Source of the DNA: Octopus sinensis
Lineage: Eukaryota
Assembly: GCF_006345805.1 (NCBI RefSeq)
Contig: NC_043002.1
Coordinates: forward strand, 85,560,001 to 85,624,000
Direction: 5' to 3'
Length of the DNA stretch: 64,000 bases
This document shows, piece by piece, positions 39,187 through 52,929 of this stretch. The first letter of the stretch is position 1, and every line of letters begins with the position of its first letter. The notes beneath the pieces were generated by a model, which worked only from the letters and a program-made list of their open reading frames with translations, was not told the DNA's origin and searched no databases. Made by a program: the position numbers and the translations under genes.

Positions 39187-39808
39187 TACACATATATACA
39201 CACATATATATATATATATATGTATATGCATTAGATATTGACAGAATAATTGGAATGCTAAAAGGTTAGACATGAGTCTACTCAGTCAATGCTGACCTGG
39301 GATTAATAAATAGGATCAACAACTACAACACACATACACACACACACATGTTGCAGCTGCTAATAAAAGTAAGTTTGATTTATTCATCCACTGTTTCAGC
39401 ATGGCTGTGGCCATGTTGGAGCACCACCAGTGATTTGAGCATTTTTCTATAGATCCAACATCTGAACTTTATTTCTTAGAAATGACTTCAATGTATATTT
39501 TGCCAGAATAATACTCCATCAAATCAATGAATGATTGAATGATCCCTCATAACTTCCTTGACAAGAATTGTATGGTTGTCAAAGAATTTTAAAGGGGCAG
39601 ACAAGGCTATGTGGTTAAAGAGTTTGCTTCTCAACCACATGGTTTTGAGTTCAGTTCCACCATGTGAACTTTGGGCAAGTGTTGTCTACCATAATGTTCA
39701 AGGCCAACCAAAGCTCTGCAACTAGAATTGGTAAATGGAAACTGGAAGAAGCTTGCCATGTATATATATATATATATATATATACATATATGTGTGTGTG
39801 TGTGTATG

Positions 39809-39858
<50 letters not shown>

Positions 39859-39903
39859 ATAGATAGATATATATATATATATATAGATAGATATATATAT
39901 ATG

Positions 39904-39950
<47 letters not shown>

Positions 39951-40046
39951 CAAAATGTATTTTTATTTTTATATATATATATATTATTGCGGTGTACGTA
40001 CACCTTATTCTCTTATATGTATGTAAGCATTCCACTATATATATAT

Positions 40047-40096
<50 letters not shown>

Positions 40097-40157
40097 TATA
40101 TATATATAAGCAATAATAAATCTCAGAGCGAGTTATAAACAGTAGCTGCAACACATC

Positions 40158-40766
40158 GTGAAGTATATTTGCCATTTAAATATGGCTAACCCCTATGGAA
40201 TGGAAGCACTCCGTCGGTTACGACGACGAGGGTTCCGGTTGATCCGATCAACGGAACAGCCTGCTCGTGAAATTAACATGTAAGTGGCTGAGCACTCCAC
40301 AGACACGTGTACCCTTAACGTAGTTCTCGGGGATATTCAGCGTGACACAGAGAGTGACAAGACCGGCCCCTTGAAATACAGGTACAACAGAAACAGGAAG
40401 TAAGAGTGAAAGAAAGTTGTGGTGAAAGAGTACAGCAGGGATCACCACCATCCCCTGCCGGAGCCTCGTGGAGCTTTAGGTGTTTTCGCTCAATAAACAC
40501 TCACAACGCCCGGTCTGGGAATCGAAACCGCGATCCTATGACCGCGAGTCCGCTGCCCTAACCACTGGGCCATTGCTAACCCCAAAGGGTGGATGCTACT
40601 GTAGCTTGTAGCCCCAGGAGGACACCTCCTCCAGCTGGCTATTGACACACTTTCTGTGCCAAAGTGTGTCAATAGCCAACTGGAGGGGGTGTCCTCCTGG
40701 GACTACAAGCTACAGTAGCATCCACCCTTAGGGGTTAGCCATATTTAAATGGCAAATATACTTCAC
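40158..40766. repeat. ~220-bp foldback palindrome split by a SINE insertion
   Basis: gtgaagtatatttgccatttaaatatggctaacccct ... aggggttagccatatttaaatggcaaatatacttcac; 7-nt loop at 40654-40660. Confidence 0.9.
40196..40574 (-). mobile_element. Young SINE family B2 inserted in the palindrome's left arm
   Basis: TSD gctaacccct/aa at 40185 and 40575; body homologous to 21379-21704. Confidence 0.92.
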
Positions 40767-41675
40767 TATATATATATATATAAATAGCTGTAAATGAGTG
40801 TCACTGTCATTCAGAGTCAATCGTTTCCAATATCCTGCAAAAAGCATGTCTGCCAATGGGGAAATATTACCTTGCTTGGAAACAAGTAAAGGTTGGCAAC
40901 AGGAAAAGCTTCAGGTCATACACAATCTGCTTCAATAAAGTTCGTCTGACCCATACAAGCACGGAAACATGGATGTTAAACCAAAAATTTTTTACAAGAC
41001 CTCTCTTGTTGCTTAGATAAGGACAAATTTGCTACACTTCCCTGGGCACTCAGAACATGAAGAAAGAACTGGGACCAATGCTTTAAAGCATGTTATTCAA
41101 GACTCTAGTAATTCTAACAAGTCATTATGCTAGATTGATACTTTATTCTATCAACCCCACAGAAAGATAAAAAGCAAACTTCACCTTGGCATAATTTGAA
41201 CTCAGAATGGAGATGATTGGAACAAATACCAAAAAAAGTATTTTGTCCAAACACTCTAAAGATGCTGCCAATTTACTATTTCAATGTGATTTTATTGAGT
41301 CACAAATAAGAAATTGAATTTTAATATCTCTTCTTACCTAAGACTATGTAGATGCCCTTGTCACCATCATCGTTATTGTCATCATCATCATCTTCAGTAT
41401 CACCATCATCGTTGTTATCAGCATTGTCGTCATTGTTGGCATATCATCATCATCATCATCGTTATTTGCTATTATTAACTTTAATACAACTCACTTCAGA
41501 TTATGGAAATAACTGACATCTCATAAAATATCAAGAGTGGTGCCTAAATATTTTTATTCCTAATACAAGTAGGTATGTAAACATTCCACACAGCAACACC
41601 ACATGAAATGTACACACACACACACACACGTCTTTAGATATGTATATCACATTTATATATCTTATATATATATAT

Positions 41676-41712
<37 letters not shown>

Positions 41713-42138
41713 GTGTATATGTGTGTGTGTAGGTGCAGGCATAGCTGTATGGTTAAAGATTTCACTTCTCTACCACAGGGTTTCAGGGTCTGTAGTGGAA
41801 GTGACTTCTACTATAGCCCCAGGCTGACTAAAGAGTTATGAGTGGATTCAGAAGGCGGAATATCGAATTTCAAGAAGCACATGTATGTTTATATATGAGG
41901 GTGTATGTGATGGGTGGTTGTGTATGTGCGTATGGTTGTGCATAGCTGTTTATTTGCATATGTCCTTGTCTTCACATCATACATGTCCAATCTTCCCTGA
42001 AAACATATCTGGCCATGAAGAAATATTGCCTTGTTTAGAAACAGAAAGAACATCTGGCCATAGAAAATTTAGCCTCAACAAGCTGTTTGGCATATGGAAG
42101 CATGAAAAAAATAGATGCTAAAACAATGTTGTTGGTTT

Positions 42139-42184
<46 letters not shown>

Positions 42185-42961
42185 CAGGGTGTTCAATTTA
42201 AAAGTTGACTCAATTGATTAACTGTCAAAATATTAGCTCTCTCTGATTGACACGACCTTTAGTGACAAGGCTTGGATTCACCTATCGGGATACTCTAATT
42301 CACAAAATGCATGCATATGGAGTGCTCTCCATCCTCATGAGTTTGTTGAATCACCCTTACATGTAGTGAAGATTAGTGTATAGATGGCTATCAGCAGGCG
42401 AAGAACAGAAGGACTGATTTTTTACCAAGAAACCTTGAATTTGGAACGTTATTGTGAGATAATTGATCAGTTTGTTGAGCAGCTAACTGAGAATGAAAAA
42501 CAGGAATGCATGGCTTCAACAGGACTCAGCAACATGTCATATTAGCAACCACACTTTGTTTCACTTACGACAAACTTTTGAAAATAGTTTGATCACGAAA
42601 GGCCTCTGGCCACCCAGATCGCCAGACTTAATGCCTCTCGATTTCTTTTTATTCAGCTATATCAAGGATGCTGAGTTTGCAAAGAATCCTTCATACACTT
42701 GATGAAATGTGTACGGATATTACTGATATTATCCAAAATATCACTTGTGAAATTTTGATTAAATGTGTTCCAGAACAAACATCGTCATGTTGGCTTATGT
42801 CTACAATTTGGCAGCCTACAATTTCAACCCCTTTTGTAACCAGTTTGACATTGTAACTTTTAAACGAGTATTTTAATAAAAGTAAGTTTGTCCATAATAT
42901 TGCGCATTCTTTATAACTATTAATAGATACAATTGAATCAACTTTTAAATTGAACATCCAG
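42185..42961 (+). mobile_element. Internally deleted Tc1/mariner element with ~32-bp TIRs and TA TSD
   Basis: TIRs cagggtgttcaatttaaaagttgactcaattg / caattgaatcaacttttaaattgaacatccag; frame WLQQDSATCH...LWPPRSPDLMPLDFFLF. Confidence 0.92.
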
Positions 42962-43186
42962 TAAACACACACACACACACATATATATATATACACACAC
43001 ATACATATATACAAGAAAAATACAGACAGGGTTTATATTTATATATATATATATATTTATATATACAATATATATATATATACAATATATATATATACAA
43101 TATTTATATATACAATATATATATGTACAATATATATATATATGCAATATATATATGTACAATATATATATATACAAAATATGTTT

Positions 43187-43224
<38 letters not shown>

Positions 43225-43234
<10 letters not shown>

Positions 43235-44224
43235 ATTAAAATAAGGGGAGAAATTGATATAATCAATTAAAACCAGTGGCCTAGCATATTATTTTAAAAA
43301 TCCGAAGATTAAAAATTTTATACATACAAAATTAAGAGGAATGACCACTAATAGTGGACAGCCTGTATGCTAGATATAGACGTCAAACTCGCCATTTGCC
43401 ACAAAGAATGTGTTCTCAAAAACAAAATTCAGCAAAAACCAAAGTTTAAAAAAATTTTTTTTAATGCTGAATTTTGTTTTTGAGAACACATTCTTCGTGG
43501 TAAATGGTGAGTTTGACGTCTATATCTAGCATACTGGCTGTCCACTATTAGTGGTCATTCCTCTTAATTTTGTATATATATATAAAATATACATTAGAGA
43601 TAATAGTGGTTTTATCTCTAATTTATATTTTATATATTTATATTGTGAAATTTAATTTAATACTAAATTGAAATTTTCCCCTGTAAGTTTTGAGTTATAC
43701 TCCCTAATATTATATATATATATATATATAATATATATATATATATAAATAAAATTAAAATAAGGGGAGAAATTGATATTAATCAATTAAAACCAGTGGC
43801 CTAGCATATTATTTTAAAAATCCGAAGATTAAAAATTTTATACATACAAAATTAAGAGGAATGACCACTAATAGTGGACAGCCTGTATGCTAGATATAGA
43901 CGTCAAACTCGCCATTTGCCACAAAGAATGTGTTCTCAAAAACAAAATTCAGCAAAAACCAAAGTTTAAAAAAATTTTTTTTAAATGCTGAATTTTGTTT
44001 TTGAGAACACATTCTTCGTGGTAAATGGCGAGTTTGACGTCTATATCTAGCATACTGGCTGTCCACTATTAGTGGTCATTCCTCTTAATTTTGTATATAT
44101 ATATAAAATATACATTAGAGATAATAGTGGTTTTATCTCTAATTTATATTTTATATATTTATATTGTAAAATTTAATTTAATACTAAATTGAAATTTTCC
44201 CCTGTAAGTTTGGAGTTATACTCC

Positions 44225-44230
<6 letters not shown>
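43225..44230. repeat. Tandem duplication (~520-bp unit), each unit holding a ~250-bp foldback
   Basis: Units start aaataaaattaaaataaggggag at ~43226 and ~43747; foldbacks at ~43324-43574 and ~43844-44096; ~5 differences between units. Confidence 0.93.
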
Positions 44231-44269
<39 letters not shown>

Positions 44270-44584
44270 GAATGTAGTTGTGTGAAGCTGGAAGAATGCA
44301 AGAAGGTAGAAAGTATACTACAAAATGAAAAAACAGAACAGAGTTGCAGTTTTACCTTGTATTTCTATATTTTGGGGTGAAGACTCCTTCTTCGGGACAT
44401 TCAGAAAAGCAGTAGTTGGAAAAAGTTTGTTACTCAGATTAGAGGGGTGTGGGGTGGAAGGAGGAAGGAGACATGCATGGACTGTTGCTATAGCAACCAG
44501 TCTGCTTCATGTAGTTCTTTCCTGTTGTTAATGGCTGGTTTCAGTTTGTTTATAAGGAGGGTTTCCATAATTCTGATATATATA

Positions 44585-45450
44585 TCATCATCATCGTTTA
44601 ACGTCTGTTTTTCATGCTAGCATGGGTTGGACGAATGACTGAGGGCTGGCGAACCAGATGGCTGCACCAGGCTTCAATCTTGATCTGGCAGAGTTTCTAC
44701 AGCTGGATGCCCTTCCTAATGCCAACCACTCCGAGAGTGTAGTGGGAGCTTTTTTGTGCCACTGGCACGGGGCCAGTCAGGTGGTACTGGCAACGACCTT
44801 GCTCGAATCTTTTACACATACCACCGGCACAGGTGCCAGTAAAGTGATGCTGGTAAGGATCACACTTGAATGATGTCTTTTATGTGCCACCGGCATGGAG
44901 GCCAGATAGCCACTCTGGCAACGATCACGCTCGGATGGTGCTCTTAATACCCTACTTGCACAGGGCTCAAGTGCCAGTAAGGTGATGCTGGTAATGATCA
45001 CACTCGAATGATGCTTTTAAGTGCCACTGGCACGGAAGCCGGTTAGCCACTCTGTCAATGATTTCACTCGTATGATGCTCTTTGCACCCTGCTAGCACAG
45101 ACTCCAGTAATTGAATTTGATTTTTATTTTTATATATATATATATCATCATCATCATCATCGTTTAACGTCTGTTTTCCATGCTAGCATGGGTTGGACAG
45201 TTCAACTGGGGTCTGGGAAGCCAGAAGGCTGTGCCAGGCCCAGTCTGATCTGGCAATGTTTCTACAGCTGGATGCCTTCCTAACGCCAACCGCTCCGAGA
45301 GTGTAGTGGGTGCTTTTTATGTGCCACCTGCACAGGTGCCAGACGAGGCTGGCAAACGGCCACGATCGGATGGTGCTTTTTACGTGCCATCAGCACGGGG
45401 CCCAGACGAGGCTGGCAAAGGCAACAATTGGATGGTACTTTTTACGTGAG
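44585..45450 (-). mobile_element. Two successive SINE family D copies
   Basis: Tails catcatcgtttaacgtctg at ~44590 and ~45157, each followed by subunits. Confidence 0.88.
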
Positions 45451-46218
45451 AGAGAGAGAGAGAATATAAATAGGGTTTAAAATTTACTACAGCTGTTTCA
45501 GTAGCATTTTATTGATGCATTCATAGATTTTAGCATAGCTTAAATTCACCATCTTCAGGTTAAGTTTTAAACAGATATAAACAAACGAGATAAAACTTAA
45601 AAGATAATTTGTTCTACAACTAACATGATGAATAAGTGATACTTTAAGAGAACAATCAAATTTATAGTGGAAGTGGAGAAGTAAATGGACATACGCAGAC
45701 ACATGCTCTCATGCACACATATACATACATACACATGTATATCTGTATATACATATATATTTATATATGCACATACTTTTGCCATGTTCATGTACCTGCG
45801 TGTAATGCTTTGACATAAAAGTTTTCCTGTTTAACTATTACTGAAATAGAGCCATAAGATGAGGAGAATCATCATCATCATCATCATCATCATCCTCGTC
45901 CTCATCATCATCACCATCATCATCATTGACAGCAAAAGTAGCCTAGTTGTGTTATTCAAGATTTGCCAATATCTCATGGTGATGTTTCTATTGAAGCAAT
46001 AGAAAATACAGGAAATGACATATCTGTAACCTTTACTGAATCAACTACAAAATTATTGTCTGTATTTGGCTGTAAATTAGATAACAATGGTTTGCTTTCG
46101 TTTCTATTTGTAATTTAAGATAAAAACCAGAAGTGGAGGAACCCCATGAAGGGATCTGTGATGAAGCCTGAACTACTGTTGAGGAGATTCTTTGCACAAC
46201 CAGCTATTATTACATTCA

Positions 46219-46476
46219 TGGAGGTGCGTGGCTTAGTGGTTAGGGTGTCAGCATCATGATCGTAAGATTGTGGTTTCGATTCCTGGACCGGGCAACGTGT
46301 TGTGTTCTTGAGCAAAACACTTCATTTCACGTTGCTCCAGTTCACTCAGCTGGCAAAAATGAGTAACGCTGCGATGGACTGATGTCCCGTCCAGCTGGGG
46401 AACACATACGCCATAGAAACTGGGAAACCAGGCCCATGAGCTTGGCTAGGCTTTAAAAGGGTGCATTTATTTTTAT
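46219..46476 (+). mobile_element. SINE family B3
   Basis: 14-bp TSD tattattacattca at 46205 and 46477. Confidence 0.92.
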
Positions 46477-46499
46477 TATTATTACATTCAATAATGGAA

Positions 46500-48370
46500 G
46501 CAATAAGTTCATTAAAATGAATTATTCTAGGTTCCAAATATAAAAAAAAATAGTATATACAAGTATCAAGCCATTGATAGCATCTAGCTCAGGAGGAATA
46601 GTTTTCCTTGATGCTACTGTTTGTACTGGGAAAAGATTTTTGATCAACCTAGTATTTGTTAAAGTTCATTTACGCAGCTGGATTGCTGTGACGGTGGTCT
46701 CATCTAAAATTGCTTCAACTTTGCTCACTTGTAGCAGGAATGTTCATTCTGCTTTTAAACTGCTAGGCAACCTTACACGCACTGACAGATTGACAAAAAA
46801 ATCTAGAGAGAAACTCGAGTTCCTGAAGTAAGCTAAGGTATTGGTATGCACAATGTCTTAGAGACTTGTATTCAAGGCTCTCCATCACAGCTTATGAAAT
46901 CTAGAGATGAAATACTATTATTATGTGTGGAATCATTTAATTTCAAGATGTGCCACTATTTTTCTTTGGACAACTGCAAGTCTGATGAACAGTCTTTCAA
47001 AGTAGTTGGGATTGAACTCATAATATCATATTTCTCTCATGGTCACTTCTCTTTTGTATGGGAAGTGGACCACCTTTCATAAGAACACCAAGCTGCAGAA
47101 CAAAAAATGTTGCTTCCCCAAGAGTTCTTGCTGAATAAAACACGTTTGTTGATTTCAGACAAACTCTGTCAGTTTTCCAAAGAGTAGACCTACTGATGAG
47201 TCAAAAGTATTCTTTAAAGAATCTATATTTGGAGAATTTCTACCAGCATATAATTGCCATGTAATTTGACAGAGATGTATCAGCTGCCTAATTGAAGAAA
47301 GTTTCATTTCAGTTAGGCAATAGTCAGCTGTTAAATGACTAGTGGAACAATCATCAGCGCATCTCAAGAAATGCTATTGAAAGTTAAAGCTAACCTATCA
47401 CAGAATTATAGAAACCATAAGTGGCTTTCTGTGAATGTCTTCCTTGCTCTCATAGATAGCATTGTGATACCATCAGTCAACAGATACCAGACCAACCCAG
47501 ATGGTATGACGTTAGCTATGTTTTAGTTAACATTAACAATGTTGCTACAAAATTTGGTTGTACCAAATCTCTGAAATAATAGGAGTAGCTGTGTGGTAAG
47601 TAGCTTGCTTACGAACCACATGGTTCCGGGTTCAGTCACACTGCGTAGCACCTTGGGTAAGTGTCTTCTACTATAGCCTTGGGCTGACCAAAGCCTTGTG
47701 AGTGGATTTGGTAGATGGAAACTGAAAGAAGCCTGTCGTATATATGTATATATATATATATTATATATATATATATGTGTGTGTGCATTTGTGTGTCTGT
47801 TTGTCCCACCCCCCAACATCGCTTGACAACCGATGCTGGTGTGTTTACGTCCCCGTAACTTAGCGGTTCGGCAAAAAAGAAACTGATAGAATAAGTACTA
47901 GGCTTACAAAGAATAAGTCCTGGGGTTGATTTGCTCAACTAAAGGCGGTGCTCCAGCATGGCCACAGTCACATGACTGAAACAAGTAAAAGGGAAAAGGG
48001 AATCAAATCTCTTATGCCTCATGTGATCATCGCCACCATTATTACTTGTTTGCCAAAGGAAATGTTTTTATTCCATGTTTTCTTATCATCCATGAAATAT
48101 TCAAGTTTAGTTCAAGCACATTTAATTTCAAGATGTGCCACTATTTTTCTGTGGACAACAGCAAGTCTCATAAACAGTCTTTCAAGGTAGCTATGATTGA
48201 ACTCATAAAATCATATTTCTCTCATGGTCACTTCTCTTTTGCATATTTATTTGATAGGGGAAGTGGACCAACCTTTCATAAGAACACCAAGCTGCAGGAC
48301 AAAAAAATGTTGCTTCCCCAAGAGTTCTTGCTGAATAAAGCCCGTTTCTGTTTGAGTTGTTTCTGCTTTA
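46500..48370 (+). mobile_element. Decayed, rearranged Helitron PIF1-like helicase remnant
   Basis: GGIVFLDATVCTGKRFLINL...SSKIASTLL...HSAFKL (motif I region); NLSQNYRNHKWLS; FNFK...KSDEQSFKVVGIEL...FSHGH (C-terminal motifs), the last present twice. Confidence 0.85.
47578..47995 (+). mobile_element. Full-length SINE family C inside the Helitron
   Basis: aggagtagctgtgtggtaagtagcttgc...gactgaaacaagtaaaag. Confidence 0.92.
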
Positions 48371-48904
48371 TATGGTGCTTTTTATCAATTTAGTATTACA
48401 AAAAAGTAGATAAAGAAAAATATGAAGATCATATGATATTCATATTCTTCATATTCATATTCTTTTGCGTGTCATAGAAACCTGAAAAAAGTCAGCATAG
48501 GCATGTATCTACATTGCATTAAAAAATATATGCAACTATGATTGCATGCAAAAGAAACTACTTGAAATATTGTATTAATTCAGTAATTTAGTTTAACAAA
48601 GAAACAGTTTCTACATATACAGCTACAAAACCATGCTCAGTAATTTAATTTTATACACACACACACACACACATACCATCGTCATCATAATCTGTTTTCT
48701 ATATTGGTATGAGGTAGATGGCTTGACAGATACTGGCAAGCCAGAGTTGTTGCACAAAATTACAATGTCTGCTTCGGTATAGTTTCCACAGTGGGATACC
48801 CTTCGTAACACTAGCCACTTTAGAAGGTGTCCTGAGCACATATTATGTAGCACCATATGTACACATACATAGATGCATACACACACACACACACACATAC
48901 ACAT

Positions 48905-49059
48905 ATAATTAAGGGTTTAGCAACAAGTTTCTTCACCATATAACGAAAATTTAGAGAGTCATATTTGAAGTTAAAAGAAAAAGCTGTCTTTTGGCTGCTA
49001 TTTCTAAATTTTCGGTATGTGTTGAAGCAACATGTTGCTAAAGCTAAACCCTTAATTAT
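48905..49059. repeat. Short foldback related to the 29430 palindrome ends
   Basis: ataattaagggtttagcaac ... gttgctaaagctaaacccttaattat; shares gctatttctaaatt..cggtatgtg with 29790-29820. Confidence 0.75.
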
Positions 49060-49187
49060 TTTTATAATTATATAAAAAAAACTTTTTGTACAAGTTTTTA
49101 CCGATAATGGTTTTTTTCCATACCGAAATTACTTGGTAAAATTTGTTAATTATTAAATTAATAATTCTTTACCCTATATCTGTAATG

Positions 49188-49229
<42 letters not shown>

Positions 49230-49265
49230 AGAACATACTGTGGACAAGGCTGCGTGATGTTCAAT

Positions 49266-50243
49266 TATAAATAAATAAAAAATACACATTAAGTACAGGA
49301 CATCATCAATGAGTGAAAAATACGTAAACACACAATGAGAGATAAGTATAAGACAAAATACTAAAAGAAGATAACTTCTCATCAGTTGTCGACTGTTTTA
49401 CTACTCCGTACTTCATGCTTTTAATGACAAGATAGGAAAACCTCATAAGACGCAGCATCCAGAAATTTTAAACATATAAAGTTTGTGGAGAGTTAGGGCT
49501 TCGAATGAACAAACAACAACAGAGTGGGTATACAAAGTAAACAATGAATGAAGACAAACATTAAGGGCTGTTAAGCCAAGACTAATTGTAATGGGTAATG
49601 CCTGGGAGAAATTTTAAAGGAAATAGAATAAAATAGTAGAAGAGAAAAAATGTCAGGAGGCAAGAGAAATGATGTCCAGCCCAGTGGACATCTTGTCCAG
49701 AAAAGACAGGGGCAAGAGAAATGGCCTTGTCCCCCTTCCCCTCTGTCTGTTGCTCACACATGACTATAGGCCATTTATCTCACCCCTGTCTTTTCTGGAC
49801 AAGATGTCCACCAGGCTGGACATCATTTCTCTCATCTCCCAACGGTTTTTTCTCCTCTACTAATTTCTTTTCTTCTCTTTATTCTATTTCCATTAAAAAT
49901 TTCTCCCAGGCATTACCCATTATGATTCATCTTGGCCTAATGGCCCTTAATGTTCGTCTTCATTGATTGTTTACTTTCTACATCCACTCTGTTGTTTGTT
50001 TGTTTGTTCAAAGCCCTAACTCTCCACAAATATTATATTTAAAGAATTTCTGGATGTTGCTGTCTTATCAAATTTTCCTATCTTGTCTTTAAAAGCGAGA
50101 AATAGGGAGTAGTAAAGCAGCCAACAACTGATGAGCAAGTTACCTTCTTTTGGTATTTTTGTCTGGTACTTATCTCTTGTGTATTAACAAATTCTTCACT
50201 CGTTGGTGATGTCCTGTACTTAATGTGTATTTTTTATTTATAT
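49266..50243. repeat. ~1-kb imperfect foldback inverted repeat
   Basis: Arms 49266-49727 and 49768-50243 are reverse complements (roughly 85% by eye) around a 40-nt loop; (TA)n on both sides. Confidence 0.92.
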
Positions 50244-50773
50244 ATGTATATATATATGTGTGTGTGTGTGTGCGTGTGTAGTGTCAGACCTATAGTAGCA
50301 AATATTAGGCATGACATATCAGGTGATCTTAGCCTACATTTCAGCCAATCATATTTCAGGTGCATTCATATGATCACATGATGTGAATAAAAATTTTCAC
50401 AGAGTTTTTCACCAAAAAAATGGTCATAAATGGATGTTCATGGGACAAGCAGGGCAGAAACTCGAAAGAAGGCACAAGCTTCACAGAGCATTCTGGGTCA
50501 GCTTTGCCACTCAGCCTTGGGTTAAAATAATTCACCTTGCCTACCATGAATGCAGATCATTCCCATCTCATGCCTTTCACCTGCACAAATGTCTAATGAT
50601 CTCATGTCTTGTCAAATATATATAAACACATTTGAGATATTTAGTTGTACAGCCTCTGGTAAGTAACATTTGTAATATCAAAATGGGAATAATTATAAGT
50701 TATCAAAGCTAAATATTGTTGATTGGTTTTATATGGTAGCAGACACTGCTCCCATATAAATGCAGCCATGTGT

Positions 50774-50804
<31 letters not shown>

Positions 50805-50952
50805 CGCACGCATGTGTGTTTGTGCGTGCATTTATGTATATTTGTATGTACATATATATTTGTGTGCATATATATATACACACACACACACACATACATA
50901 CATGTATATATATATGTTGTGTGTGTGTGCCTATGCATACATATATATTTGT

Positions 50953-50997
<45 letters not shown>

Positions 50998-51151
50998 ACA
51001 GAAACTGAAGGAAAGTGGGGAAGAGAACTATAATCTCTTCATTCTTTGTCGCCATAGTTTCCTCTCAAGATTTCAAATCATATGTATATACTATATATCA
51101 ATGCTACTTATTAACTATACTAGTAATTAATCTCTTGTGTGTGCATGTGCA

Positions 51152-51186
<35 letters not shown>

Positions 51187-51778
51187 ATATTGTGTGTATG
51201 TCTGTGTATATGTGTGTATATGAAAACATCTCTTCCTGTATACTTGGAGAAAAAAAAAAATGGTGAGTGGTTAAGTCAAAAATTCCTCCACACAATTTCA
51301 GCTCTGTTTATCTTTGATTTAACCTTTTAAGGTCACTTGTCATTGTAGTATTTTGTGTATGTGGGACTCTAGATAGTCTAATTCCAGTGTTTAATGAGAA
51401 ACTGAAATATGAGTACTTGGTATCATCGAATATTTAGAAAGCAGACAAAAGCATTTGTAAATAATTCTTGATAATCATTTATCAGCTGCACTAATCTAAC
51501 CTCATTATGGGTTGGCTGACTTTGTAAATGCATATATTTTTCTTTATTCTTTTATTTCTTTAATGGTTCCAATCATTGGACTATGACCATACTAAAATTT
51601 TTTTTATTTACTTCAAATTGTTAGAAAAGGAATCAAGTATTACCTCCTTCTCTCTCTCTCTCTGCCTCTCTATCTACCTCACTCTCTACTTTTCTCTCTC
51701 TCTACCTCTCTCCCTCTCTTACACACATTCACACATACACAATTTATAAATAAGTGTCGATAATTGTACATCACTTAC

Positions 51779-52415
51779 ATATTTCTTTATTGCCCACGAG
51801 GGCTAAACATAGAAGGGACAAACAAGGACATTAAGCCGATTACATCGACCCCAGTGCATAACTGGTACTTATTTAATCAACCCCCAAAAGATGAAAGGCA
51901 GAGTCAACCTTGGCAGAATTTGAACTCAGTACGTAACAGCAGACGAAATACTGCTAAGCATTTCGTCCGGCGTGCTAACATTTCTATCAGCTCACCACCT
52001 TAAACACTTACTCTTTTACTCTTTTACTCGTTTCAGTCATTTGACTGTAGCCATGCTGGAGCACCACCTTTAGTCGAGCAAATCAACCCCAGGACTTATT
52101 CTTTGTAAGCCTAGTACTTATTCTATCGGTCTCTTTTGCCGAACCGCTAAGTTACGGGGACGTAAACACACCAGCATCGGTTGTCAAGCGATGTTGGGAG
52201 GACAAACACAGACACACAAACACATACACACACACATATATATCCATATATACGATGGGCTTCTTTCAGTTTCCGTCTACCAAATCCACTCACAAGGCTT
52301 TGGTCGGCCCGAGGCTATAGTAGAATACACTTGCCGAAAGTGCCACGTAGTGGGACTGAACCCGGAACCATGTGGTCGGTAAGCAAGCTACTTACCACAT
52401 AGCCACTCCTACGCC
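51779..52415 (-). mobile_element. SINE family A (51779-52001) abutting a full SINE family C (52005-52415)
   Basis: Family signatures as above. Confidence 0.9.
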
Positions 52416-52929
52416 TATGACAGGGTTCCACACAGTTTCCATCTATCAAATTTGCTCACAAGAATAGTGTTTTGCCCAAAGTGCCAAGCTGTGAGACTGA
52501 ACCTGAAACCATGGTTTATAAAGCAAGCTTCTTAACTACACAGCCATGTCAGTACCTATGCATACACATATACAATATTAAATTACTGGTGTTGACAGTG
52601 TTTCTATAATAAGTTACATAGCATGTCTATAAATTTTTAATCAGCAGAAATATAAGCATTATGTCTATATAAACAGTATGTTCGTAGACAAAACAGAAGG
52701 AACATCTGTATATGCCACACATTTCAATTCTGCTGGGAGTTTTGTCTGCAGCAGCACACCTTCCTTAGTTGTCCATAAAAACATTGCTTATAAACCCATT
52801 GATATTAGTAGCTAAAGTAAACTGGATAGACTGATTTGCATATTTAACATTTTCTTGGCAGCTTATTTGAATATTAAGTTACTGGTTAGTTAACAGTGTT
52901 TTGTATACTTGCTATAACTTACTATCGGT

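Noticed and set aside
50095-50140. GAAA...GTA...CTGATGA as a type II hammerhead (also at 49375-49410 and 60815-60860)
   Set aside because: The sequence between the cleavage triplet and CTGATGA forms no stem I, and stem II partners do not pair cleanly.
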